A stretch of 64,000 nucleotides of DNA from Gemmatimonadota bacterium (GTDB lineage: Bacteria; Gemmatimonadota; Gemmatimonadetes; Gemmatimonadales; GWC2-71-9), in the NCBI GenBank assembly GCA_039588295.1, contig JBDHAB010000009.1:1-64000 (forward strand), given 5' to 3'. The notes beneath the pieces are model-generated. The model made no database searches. It saw only the letters and a list, made by a program, of their open reading frames with translations, and had not been told where the DNA came from. Every line of letters starts with the position of its first letter. The stretch's first letter is position 1. Position numbers and translations under genes: made by a program. Positions 9,100 through 18,533 of the stretch are shown piece after piece.

Positions 9100-10584
9100 T
9101 CAGGATGCCTTCTCGATGGCGTCCTTCCTGATCAGCGCGTATCCCACGCTGTTGAAGTTGTAGCTGGTGAGATCCTGGAAGATCTGTCGGGCTTCGGCCT
9201 CACTGCCCGCGCCCTCGAGCGCGAGCGCGAGATGGTACTTGGTGTAGATGTTGGCGGGGTTGGCCTGCCGGTAGTGCTCGACGGCAGCGGTGTAGTCACC
9301 CTGGAGCAGGCTCACCATTCCCAGGAGGTCGTGGGCCGCCTCGTTGCGGCGCGGATTGGCGTCGGTTTCCAAGAGGCTCATGAACTCGCTCGCCTTCTCC
9401 GTCGCCGCGGCATAGTCGCCCCGGCGCGCGGCGAGCACGCCGTCCCAATAAGCGATGTTGGCTTGCTGTCCTCGACTGAAGGCCTCGGTCCCAACCCGCT
9501 CCGCCTGCTCCATGAGCAACGGCTTACGGCGCTCCAGCGCACTCTCGGCAGCGTCGAGCATGTTGTGATGCAGCGCGATCTGGGCCGCACTCGTCAAGGC
9601 AAAGATGGTCTGCCCGGTCGGGCCGGGGAGGTCCATGGTGCCGATCGCATCCGCCAGCCCGATCAACTCATCGATCGCGGCCTGCGGGTTGCCTTCGTGC
9701 ACACCGACAAAGGCTCGATACACGGCAAAGGCGGCCTTCTGGTTGCCCACACCCATTGCAATGGAGGAGTCGTAGTCGGCCCGTGCCTCGTCGTAGTTCC
9801 CCAAGAATGAGTTCACGTGACCGCGCTGCTGGAGCGGCGAAGCGTTGCCCGGGTCCAGCTCTGCCGCCCGGGTGTACGACGCTCGAGCCTGTTCCAACTG
9901 ATTGAGGGCGCGGTACGCGTCTCCCATCAGGTCGTGGCTGTTGGCCTCATTCGGTTCCAGTTCGACCACCTTGCTCATGTACTCCTCCACCTTCGCAAGG
10001 TCGACGGGGTCGTTGAACAGGAACGAGTTGCCCAGCTGCATGTAGGCGGGCGCGAAATTGGGAGCCAACTCGGTGGCCGTCATCATCGAGGCCCGAGCCG
10101 CCGTGTTGTCGTTGAGTCCCGTCTGGATGCCGGCGAGCGTGAGCCAGGCCCGAGGGCTCTCGGGTACCACCTCCACCAGCCGCTGGGCCGATTGGAGCTG
10201 ACCCTGGGCATCGTTGTCCAAGCCCTTGCTGGTGATCTCGATCAGCAGTTGTTCGGCTTCGGAGGCCCCCGGGGCTTTCTCCTGTGCGAGCCGCAGGTTG
10301 GCCATGAACTGGTCGGTCGAGGTGGCGGTGTTGGCCAAGTTCCAGTAGCCGAGTGCAAAGTCCGGGTCGGATTCGACCGCCCACTCGAAGTGCTCCTGGG
10401 CTTCGAAGAAACGGACCATGTCCATCGCGTGCTGCCCCTGTAGGAACCGGTCCCTGGCCTCCTCGGAGCTGGTGGTCATGGGGATTCCCATCACCACGTC
10501 GGCGTCGGGCTGGCCCTCTTGGCCCGCACAGGCGGTGATCAGCACCAAGACCGCGAGTCGGACCGATGAACGCACGGATTGCAT
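9100..10584 (-). CDS. TPR-repeat lipoprotein
   Basis: Lipobox ITAC; IPMTTSSEEAR start; many TPR helices. Confidence 0.85.
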   Translation of the reverse strand: MQSVRSSVRLAVLVLITACAGQEGQPDADVVMGIPMTTSSEEARDRFLQGQHAMDMVRFFEAQEHFEWAVESDPDFALGYWNLANTATSTDQFMANLRLAQEKAPGASEAEQLLIEITSKGLDNDAQGQLQSAQRLVEVVPESPRAWLTLAGIQTGLNDNTAARASMMTATELAPNFAPAYMQLGNSFLFNDPVDLAKVEEYMSKVVELEPNEANSHDLMGDAYRALNQLEQARASYTRAAELDPGNASPLQQRGHVNSFLGNYDEARADYDSSIAMGVGNQKAAFAVYRAFVGVHEGNPQAAIDELIGLADAIGTMDLPGPTGQTIFALTSAAQIALHHNMLDAAESALERRKPLLMEQAERVGTEAFSRGQQANIAYWDGVLAARRGDYAAATEKASEFMSLLETDANPRRNEAAHDLLGMVSLLQGDYTAAVEHYRQANPANIYTKYHLALALEGAGSEAEARQIFQDLTSYNFNSVGYALIRKDAIEKAS

Positions 10585-10728
10585 GGAACCTCCTGATGGA
10601 ATGAGCGCCGACCGTGTCGGGCAGCGCCACCGACACATGGCTTTCGCAAGCAGGTGAAGATACTGGCGGGACCATCGCCTGCAAGCGTTCGAGCCTCGCG
10701 CCCCTCCAAGACGTTGGGCTGAGTCAGA

Positions 10729-11379
10729 TCACCGCCTGTAACTCACCGAAATCCCCGACCGGCTCGAGCGGACGATCTCCGTCTCCAGGTTCGGTGTGCT
10801 CCTCAGTTCCTCTAGGAACTCGCGGATGCCGCGCATGCCGCGACCCGACACATTGTGCGCGGTGAAACACCCGCCAACCTCGAGCTTTGGCAGCAGAGAC
10901 CGGAAGTACTGCGCATACCAGTCTTTGTCCGCGTCTACGAACACGAAGTCGAACGGGCCCTCCAATGCCGGCACCAACTCGTGCGCGTCGGCAAGTCGAG
11001 CGTCGATGTAGTCGCTGAGCCCGGCCTCGTCGAAGTTCCGTCGTGCTTGGTTGTATCGCCGTTCGTCTATCTCGATCGTGATCAGCTTGCCACCGGTCTT
11101 GCTGAGCGCCCAGGCAATCCATATGGCCGAGTGCCCCGTTGACGTTCCGACTTCCAGGGCTCTCGTATAGCCGTGTTCGAGAATGAGATCGTACAACACG
11201 CGGCCATCGGATTCCGGGACGTTCATGTCCCGCCACGCACGCTGATTTGCCTCCAGGAAACGCGTCACCCGACCGTCGATGTCCTGGTGTCGGCGCCCCT
11301 CCTGCGCGGAACAGATCGACGCAGGAACACTGCCGCCCATGAGCACTGCGGCACAGCCAAGGATGATGCTCGTCTTCAT
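10729..11379 (-). CDS. O-methyltransferase (class I SAM, CCoAOMT/Methyltransf_3-like) with N-terminal signal-like sequence
   Basis: ALEVGTSTGHS, FDFVFVDADK, AHNV. Confidence 0.85.
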   Translation of the reverse strand: MKTSIILGCAAVLMGGSVPASICSAQEGRRHQDIDGRVTRFLEANQRAWRDMNVPESDGRVLYDLILEHGYTRALEVGTSTGHSAIWIAWALSKTGGKLITIEIDERRYNQARRNFDEAGLSDYIDARLADAHELVPALEGPFDFVFVDADKDWYAQYFRSLLPKLEVGGCFTAHNVSGRGMRGIREFLEELRSTPNLETEIVRSSRSGISVSYRR

Positions 11380-12672
11380 GGTCGTTCTCCGTTGTCTCCA
11401 ATGTTGCTGTCATGCCGTTCGGTGGGTGGGGTCTCGCCTGCGTGCGGCATCGTTGGCGCTTGGAATCGGCCGTGTCTCGACCGGCCGAACGCGAAGTAGG
11501 CCGGTACACCGAGGGCAACCGTCACTAGGGCGATGGACGACTCGACAGGTCGCTCCAGGTATGCAAGAACGAGTATCAGTGTGCTGACGGAGGCGAACAC
11601 GAGCGGCACCAGTGGATACGCGGGCATTCGGAACCCGTTGGCACCACCCGCACGCAACTTGAACACCCCGATCACTGTGAGAATTGGGAAAATCCCCAGG
11701 CAGAAGCCCATGTAGGTCAGGATCTGGTCGAACGTCCCTGACATGACCATCACGATCGCGATCAGGCACTGGAGCACGATCGACTTCGACGGCACACGGA
11801 AGATCGGATGTACTTCCGCCGCGATCTTGAAGAAGTATCCGTCCTGCGCCATCGCGTAATACACCCGCGGACCCAAGATGATGAGCGCGCTGATGGAGGA
11901 GAGCAGGGCCGAGGTAGAGGAGCATGACAACGCTGGTCCCCACCAGGAGCGAGCGCGGCAGGTTCCGACGTGGATCCCTAATTTCCGAGCCGATGTAGGC
12001 GGACGCGTTCCAGCCGCTATACGCGAACATGATCCACATCAGCGACAGGCCGATGGTCTTCCAGCCGGCGAGGCTGGTGTCGAAGCCGGTGCCGGCGGTG
12101 AAGTGTTCGAGGCTCCCTCTCCCCACCGAGAACCCGACCACGATCAGCGCGGCGATCAAAAGCACCTTCCCCACGGTCAGGTAGTTCTGAAGCTTCGAAC
12201 CGAACGCGATTCCTCTCAGGTGGACAAGCGTGAAAGCCGCAATCACGACGATCGCCATCGAACGTTTGAGAATCTCGGGATCGCCCCAGCCGAAGAGCCC
12301 CGGGAAGGCCCGGCTGAAGTACTCGCTGAAACCGAGCGACGATGCCGCCAACGGGGCGGAGAAGCCGACGAAGAACGACACCCAACCGCTCAGGAAACCG
12401 AATGCCGGATGGAACAACGTCGACAGGTAGACGTATTCGCCACCTGCGCGAGGCATCGCTGCCCCGAGCTCGCCGTAGCAGAGCGCGCCGCAGAGGGCCA
12501 ACACGCCGCCACCAACCCAGAGCAGCATCATGAGGGTGGGATTCCCCAGCTCGGCCATGAGGAGGCCCGACGTCGTGAAGATCCCGACCCCGATCATGCT
12601 GGCAACAACGAGATTGGCGGCGGGGAAGAGCCGGAGCGTTCTCGCGAGAACGTGCGGTTGGTTGTCGCTCAT
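11376..12672 (-). pseudogene. APC-family amino acid permease, frameshifted near 11909
   Basis: MIGVGIFTTSG, YGELGAAMPRAGGEY and YSGWNAS in one frame; GPRVYYAMAQDG and the C-terminus in another frame. Confidence 0.85.
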
Positions 12673-12951
12673 CCGGTCTCTCAATGGCCGCGTCACTGAA
12701 GGTGCCAATCCCACCGCAGCGGCTGCCTCCTCACGACGCGTAACCTCGGGATCGCGTGCGTTCGCCGGCGAGGGGTCATGGTACACCGAGTGGGACGCGA
12801 AAGATACCTCGACGTTAGGAACCGAGTGGCCGGTTCCACGTTGACGGGTACGGCGACGGGAACGGTAGCGAGGGTCGAAGAGTACTACAGCGGGAACGCG
12901 CTGTCCGTAGGTGACTGCCCACGTGGGCTCAGTGTCTCGGCGGGAGGTCGC

Positions 12952-13641
12952 ATGTTGCACCGAAGGATCCATGCCAGGCACGGCGGCCTCGTGCTCCTGG
13001 TCCTCACAGCCTTTCTTCCCCCGCTTCGTGCCGATGCGCAAATCGAGCGCACGCACCGCGACGAATGGCAGAAGGTGGACGAGATTTTCGCGGCCCTGGG
13101 GCTCGAAGAAGGCCACCACATCGCCGATATCGGAGCAGGCGGTGGGTTCCTGTCGGTGCGGCTCAGTGTGCGCGTGGGACCCGAAGGAAGAGTCTACGCC
13201 GTGGACATCGACGCGGACGTGCTCGAGGAGCTTCAGGAGACGGCCCGCAGCGAGTCGTTGGACAACATCGAGACGATCCTCGGTGAGACTGACGATCCCC
13301 GATTGCCCGAACGGTCATTGGATGCCGCGCTGATCGTCAATGCGTACCACGAGATGCGCGAATACGAAGGCATGCTCGCGGGCGTCCGGCGGGCGCTCCT
13401 GCCCGGCGGGCGGCTGGTGATCGTGGACAACCCGCCGCGCGACTCCACGCGGTCCCGCCTCAGCCAGATTGGGCAGCACGACATCGCCATCGGCCTGGTG
13501 GAACGAGACCTCGAGGGAGCTGGATTTCAGGTGGTGGAACGGGTACCGAGCTTCATCGACTGGGACCACGGCCGGCACCATCACCAAGAGTGGATGCTCG
13601 TTGCGGTTCTCCCGGACACTGCGGGAGCCGTTATTCGTTGA
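12952..13641 (+). CDS. Class I SAM-dependent methyltransferase with N-terminal signal-like sequence
   Basis: IADIGAGGG, VYAVDID, NAYHE, LLPGGRLVIVD. Confidence 0.85.
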   Translation: MLHRRIHARHGGLVLLVLTAFLPPLRADAQIERTHRDEWQKVDEIFAALGLEEGHHIADIGAGGGFLSVRLSVRVGPEGRVYAVDIDADVLEELQETARSESLDNIETILGETDDPRLPERSLDAALIVNAYHEMREYEGMLAGVRRALLPGGRLVIVDNPPRDSTRSRLSQIGQHDIAIGLVERDLEGAGFQVVERVPSFIDWDHGRHHHQEWMLVAVLPDTAGAVIR

Positions 13642-14329
13642 ACGCCCGAAACTCCGTCACGGCCTTCGGTCCGCTGCGTGCGAGGCCGGCGTAGAAGCCC
13701 TCTTGGTCGCTCGTCCGATAGTCGAGCCGCTCTACCTGGAACGGCACTAACCGCTCGCGGCCACGCCGCCGCTCACGTACCTCGACGAAGTACGCCACCG
13801 CATTCGCGACGCTCCGCGCATCGGTCCAATCCGATTTGTAGACAGGGATCCCCGAGCGCGCGAAGATCCAGGTCATGTTCGGCATCGTGCCGTAGGTGCG
13901 GTGACAAGCGCCATCCAACGCGTCGAGCAAGATCGGGCGGGTGACACCCAACACGTCGCGCAGTGCCTCAGCGTGTCGGGCCTTCTGCTCCATTGACTCG
14001 AGGTGAGGGAAGTGCTCGCCCGGATGCGCTTCGTGTGTATACAGGAAGATCGATCCCACTCCGCGCGCGGCGTACTCGCGGGCCAAAGCGTTCATGGATG
14101 GCGCCGCCATCCCACAGTACGGTCACGTGAAGCTGCCGAACTCCACAATGGTGTACTCGCTGGCTGACCAGACCTCACGCAATCGGGTCTCCGGGCCGCC
14201 GAGGTGCCACAGAGGGAAGTCGGGGGCCCGCTGCCCGAGCGGCGGGCTCCGGTCGAACCGGAGCCAAGGCAGGACGGTCGTTTTTGTGAACTCCGCGTAG
14301 TTGTAGCGGGCGAGCAGGTCGTCGGGCAC
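13631..14329 (-). CDS. Deiodinase-like thioredoxin-fold selenoprotein (Sec codon TGA at 14123-14125)
   Basis: Two ORF-track fragments are in frame: APDFPL...VEFGSFT-U-PYC...YTHEAHPGE...YGTMPN; hairpin GGAUGGC-GGC-GCCAUCC just after UGA. Confidence 0.85.
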
Positions 14330-14413
14330 GGGGTACTCCGGGGCTCGATTTGCGGAAGGCGCTCCGGGCGCGACCGCGTCGAGTCGTCATGACTCAACAA
14401 GTCGCTCAGCTGC

Positions 14414-15043
14414 CTATCTGAGAGCGTCCAGCTCCCTCACGATATCCTCGTTCGTAGGTCGGATCTTGTAGTTCACCTCGACCACCTTCCACCGAACCAC
14501 ACCATCCATATCGATGATAAACGTCGCTGGGTGCGTAATCTCGCGGCCCTTGGGGTCGTCCTGGTTGAAGAGCCCGTACCGATCGATCACGGCGTGGCCC
14601 GGGTCCGAGAGCAGGGGGTAGTCGGGTGTGATCCCGTCCTCAGCGGAAATCCGGTCGACCATCTTCTGGAGATCCTCCTCGCCGTCGACCGAGATTGCGA
14701 GGAGCTGCGTCGTACGCTTCTGGTCGTCATTGAGGAGAGTTCTCAGCTTCCCGAGCTGACTGGCGCAGTAGGGTCACCAGTGCCCGCGGTAGAATACGAG
14801 GACTACATTCTTCTGCCGGCGGAACTGCGAAAGCGTCAGCACCTCTCCTGTGAGCGCCCGAAGCGAGAAGTCTGGGGCCAGGTCGCCGACGGCAACGCGC
14901 TCGAGATCGATCGGGGGAAGGTCGTGGCCGTCCTTCGGACCGAGCTTGAGCCCGAGCCAACTTCCTCGCACCCCGACCAGCACGCCGAGTGTAACAACCA
15001 GCAGCGCGATTGCCGCGAGTGCGATGCCACCCCTCATACGCAT
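14414..15043 (-). CDS. AhpC/TSA (peroxiredoxin-like) selenoprotein with N-terminal membrane anchor (Sec codon TGA at 14774-14776)
   Basis: In-frame fusion VGDLAPDFSL...VFYRGHW-U-PYC...LLAISVD...LLSDP...PATFIID; hairpin UCAGCU-CGGGA-AGCUGA after UGA. Confidence 0.85.
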
Positions 15044-15266
15044 GCTTCCATCCCCCGCGATGGCGTGATCCGGGTCCGTCGGCAGTCGGCCTGCCGCAGT
15101 CCGGGCTGACCAAGGCAACCTGGGGCGGCGTGACAGCGGTCGCAAGCGGTGGACCCAGCGCCCCGAACTCAATCGCAGTCGAGACGATCAGGCTTGCCTG
15201 GTCTGCTCCCCGTATTCCGGACTGCTAGACGTGAGACTATGCTAACCCGAGAGTTGGGGAGGTTCT

Positions 15267-15539
15267 ATGGGGCGGCAGAGTCGGTTCCACGTTGAGCAGA
15301 TCGTGAAGATCCTGCGTGAGTACGAGACGAGTGGGCTGCCCGTGAGCACGTTCTTACGGCGCTACGGGGTATCGCGGGAGACGTTCTACCGCTGGCGGCG
15401 CAAGTATGGGGGCCTGACGGAGAGTGATGCATCACGGCTGAAGCGGCTCGAGCGGGAGAATGCCCGGTTGAAGATGCTCGTGGCGGAGCGGGATCTCGAG
15501 GTGGAGGTGTTGCGGGAGATCACGCGAAAAAAATCGTGA
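15267..15539 (+). CDS. IS3 transposase OrfA (HTH)
   Basis: YGVSRETFYRWRRKYGG...RLKRLERENARLK; A7 slippery run at 15527-15533. Confidence 0.92.
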   Translation: MGRQSRFHVEQIVKILREYETSGLPVSTFLRRYGVSRETFYRWRRKYGGLTESDASRLKRLERENARLKMLVAERDLEVEVLREITRKKS

Positions 15540-16414
15540 GCGCGCCGGCCAGACGGGCGCTGGTCGGGATGCTGAGGCAGCGCGGCATCGCGGTCCAGCG
15601 GGCCTGCGTGCTGGTGTCGGTGGCCCGTTCCGCCGTGGGCTATGTGTCGCGGCAGGCGGCGAAGGATGCGCCGTTGCAGCGTCTGCTCCGCCGGTTTGCC
15701 CAGCGGCATCCGCGGCATGGGTATCGGCGCGCCTGGGTATGGCTGCGGCGGAAGGGTCATCGGGTGAATCGCAAGCGGGTGTACCGGCTCTGGTGCCAAG
15801 CCGGCCTGGCGTTGCCGCGGCGTCGGGCGGCCCGGCGGCGCTGGCGCGGCCCGCGGGTGGATCCGGTGGCCCGCGCCCCGACGGCGGTGTGGGCGTGCGA
15901 CATCCTCCACACGCGCTGTGGGCCTGGGCAGGTGGTGCGGTGTTTGTCGGTGGTGGACGAGTACACGCGCGAGTGTTTGGCGATCGAGGTGGCGAGCTCC
16001 CTGCCGGCAGACCGTGTCGTGGGGTGTCTGGCGCGCCTGGTGGAGCAGCATGGGGCGCCGCAGTACCTGCGCACGGACAATGGCACGGAGTTTCTGGCGC
16101 GCCGCACGCAGCAGTGGCTACGCCACCACGGCATTCAGGCAGCGCGGATCGAGCCCGGTAAGCCGTGGCAGAATGGGGTGGTGGAGAGCTTTCACAGTCG
16201 GTTGCGCGACGAGTGTGTGGATCGCGAGTGGTTTGGCAGTGTGGCCGAGGCGGCGGTCATCATCGAGGCGTATCGGCAGAGCTACAACGCGACCCGGCCG
16301 CACAGCAGTCTGGGCTACCGCACCCCCGCCGAGGTACGGTCGGAACATGACACGATGGTAGACACCGGCGTTCCGCAGCCAGGACGCCAGGAAATGGTCA
16401 GTGTCTCACGCTAG
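15536..16414 (+). CDS. IS3 transposase OrfB (DDE integrase core)
   Basis: WACD, VVDEYTRECL, TDNGTEF, PGKPWQNGVVESF, YNATRPHSSLGY. Confidence 0.95.
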   Translation: MSAPARRALVGMLRQRGIAVQRACVLVSVARSAVGYVSRQAAKDAPLQRLLRRFAQRHPRHGYRRAWVWLRRKGHRVNRKRVYRLWCQAGLALPRRRAARRRWRGPRVDPVARAPTAVWACDILHTRCGPGQVVRCLSVVDEYTRECLAIEVASSLPADRVVGCLARLVEQHGAPQYLRTDNGTEFLARRTQQWLRHHGIQAARIEPGKPWQNGVVESFHSRLRDECVDREWFGSVAEAAVIIEAYRQSYNATRPHSSLGYRTPAEVRSEHDTMVDTGVPQPGRQEMVSVSR

Positions 16415-16581
16415 TTCGTCCCAAGAATGGGGAGCACCTGATGCCGGCAACACAAATGTCCCATCAGCGGCACCCGAAGTCCCAACATGGGCCTACCCTC
16501 AGCGCCGGTCCGGGTCCATCGTGTACATGGACGTTTCGGCTGCTTCACCGCGTCGTGCCGTAACGAGGCAAGGAGGAATCG

Positions 16582-16842
16582 TTGGCAGACCGCCAGGTGA
16601 CCCATACGCGGAAGGACGTTGACGGGGACATCGTGGTGCTGTGCAACCCGCTGAGCTCTTGGATCCTGCGGGCGAAGGACGGCGCCCTGGAAGATATCGA
16701 GCACGGTGTCCACACCTACTATGTCGAGAGCAACGGCAGCCGTGTGTATGTGCAGGCGGTGGACTGGCTGGTCGGCAAGCGGCTCGAGACCACCACGGAT
16801 CCGACATCGGCGAGCAACCTGCGCAACCTACCGGACGGCTAG
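16582..16842 (+). CDS. DUF3892-like small protein
   Basis: 86 aa; DIEHGVHTYYV and terminal TTDPTSASNLRNLP pattern; RBS AGGAGG before TTG. Confidence 0.7.
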   Translation: MADRQVTHTRKDVDGDIVVLCNPLSSWILRAKDGALEDIEHGVHTYYVESNGSRVYVQAVDWLVGKRLETTTDPTSASNLRNLPDG

Positions 16843-16971
16843 CCACAGTGGTGCCGAAGTGGCCATGCCATGCGGCTCGAAACACCGCTCTCACCGCGTT
16901 CGAGCTTGCGCGGTGTCGGAGCCGCATTCCATACTAGTGTAAGCGCCTCACGACTCGGACGGTCAGCTACT

Positions 16972-18252
16972 ATGGAGTTTTTCTCAGACTCGCAGTCATC
17001 AGACGTTCCGGCGTCACTGCATGCGGACTTCCTCGACGCGACCCGAAGGGGCGTTCGACCGGACCAGGGTCGGCTCGCGGGCTTTCTCGTCCTGCGGCTC
17101 GTCGATGCTTCGGGGGAGTCGGGTCGAGCGGGCGCGGCCGAGGCCCTCAAGTATCAGCTCAACGCCACGGCGGAATCCGTTGCCGCACTCCCGAAGACTG
17201 CGGAGCGCGGGTGGCTGGACTCCATCGTCGCGGGGGTCGGGGACTTTCTTGGATCACGAGGCCGCCAGCCTCTGTTGAGTGGGCTCGTGGCCTATGCCGA
17301 CTGGCTGGAACAGGAACTGCACCTCGATGAGTCGGTTGACGTCCTGCGGACGGCCCAGCGGGCCCTTGGGGTGAGCGTGGAGCCGTCGGCGGTCTCGGTG
17401 TACCTCGCGCTGGGTCGGTCACTAAGGCTCCTGGGCCGGCTCCACGAATCGAAGGCGGCGTACGAACGAGCCGAAGGCGCCGCGCGTGAGTTGGGCGACG
17501 ACCATGGGCGGCTTCTCAGCACGATCGGTCACGCGTATACGCTGCAGAAGACCGGAAACTTGCCAGCGTCCGAGCACATGCTGCGGTCGGCGCTCGCGCA
17601 AGGGGTGGCCCTTGGCGACCGCGACGCCGAGGCGCGGGCGTGCCATGACCTCGCCATCTGTGTGTTTCACATGGGGCGGCCGGTCGAAGCGGCGCCACTC
17701 GCGTTCCGGGCATTCCGACTCTATGACCAGCCGCAGAAACGGACTCGTGCCCTGAGCGACACTGGGCAGATTCTCAAGGAGACGGGTCAGTACGATGCTG
17801 CCGGCAAAGCGCTACGGGCGGCCCTGGAGCGGGAGCCACCGCCCGAAGTGCGGGTCCGAATCCTCGTGGAGTTGCTCGATCTGCACGCGCTCATGGAGAA
17901 CGAGATCGCGTTCGGCCGGCTCCGCAAAGAGATCGAAGTGGAATACGATCGGATTCCCATCGACGAGAGGGTCGACTTCGAGCTCAAGTTGGGTCGGGGG
18001 CTGGCGCGGTTCGGCCGCCTGCAACAGGCCCGTGCCCATCTGGACGAGGCGTTGCAGCTCGCCGAGCAGCACGGGCTGCCGGAGTGGCTGTTTCGCGCGG
18101 AGGCCTTACTGGCGAAACTGGAGGACGCGCAGGGCGCCGAGAGCTGCCGAGCCCCGTCACCGGGAACTCAGAGTTCGACGGATCTCGACGCCACGATCGC
18201 CGACTTGGAAGCGCTGAGCGTCGGCGAATTGGCGCACGACGGACAACGCTGA
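16972..18252 (+). CDS. Cytoplasmic TPR-repeat protein (candidate peptide receptor)
   Basis: Tandem TPR helices; no signal peptide or catalytic motif recognised. Confidence 0.75.
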   Translation: MEFFSDSQSSDVPASLHADFLDATRRGVRPDQGRLAGFLVLRLVDASGESGRAGAAEALKYQLNATAESVAALPKTAERGWLDSIVAGVGDFLGSRGRQPLLSGLVAYADWLEQELHLDESVDVLRTAQRALGVSVEPSAVSVYLALGRSLRLLGRLHESKAAYERAEGAARELGDDHGRLLSTIGHAYTLQKTGNLPASEHMLRSALAQGVALGDRDAEARACHDLAICVFHMGRPVEAAPLAFRAFRLYDQPQKRTRALSDTGQILKETGQYDAAGKALRAALEREPPPEVRVRILVELLDLHALMENEIAFGRLRKEIEVEYDRIPIDERVDFELKLGRGLARFGRLQQARAHLDEALQLAEQHGLPEWLFRAEALLAKLEDAQGAESCRAPSPGTQSSTDLDATIADLEALSVGELAHDGQR

Positions 18253-18259
18253 CGGGGGC

Positions 18260-18421
18260 CTAGGTGCCTGAGCCCTGGGAGCCTGTATCGTCTCGCTGAG
18301 GGGCCTCGATTTCGCTGTCGGGGTTATCGAGCGCTGGTGCCAATGGGTCGGCGCAGCCCGCGATCGACAGGGTGACGGCGGCGATCGCTGCAAGGAGTGG
18401 AAGCCGGGTGCGTCGCGACAT
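18260..18421 (-). CDS. 53-aa small lipopeptide, missing from the ORF track
   Basis: AGGAGG 5 nt before ATG; MSRRTRLPLLAAIAAVTLSIAGC-ADPLAPALDNPDSEIEAPQRDDTGSQGSGT; lipobox IAGC. Confidence 0.8.
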   Translation of the reverse strand: MSRRTRLPLLAAIAAVTLSIAGCADPLAPALDNPDSEIEAPQRDDTGSQGSGT

Positions 18422-18533
18422 TGGGACCTCCTGTGGTGGGGTGTGGGTGAGTCTGTCTGACTAAAGGTTGGGAGGTCGTGCGCGGTCGGGATAGACCCCG
18501 ATTGGGGCATCGAACGTCCGTTCTGGGACATTT

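Larger units (their letters stand above)
15199..16441 (+). mobile_element. IS3-family insertion sequence (IS407-like), apparently complete
   Basis: Imperfect terminal inverted repeats sharing TGCTCCCC/GGGGAGCA; 4-bp target duplication TGCC at 15195-15198 and 16442-16445; orfA/orfB arrangement. Confidence 0.92.
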
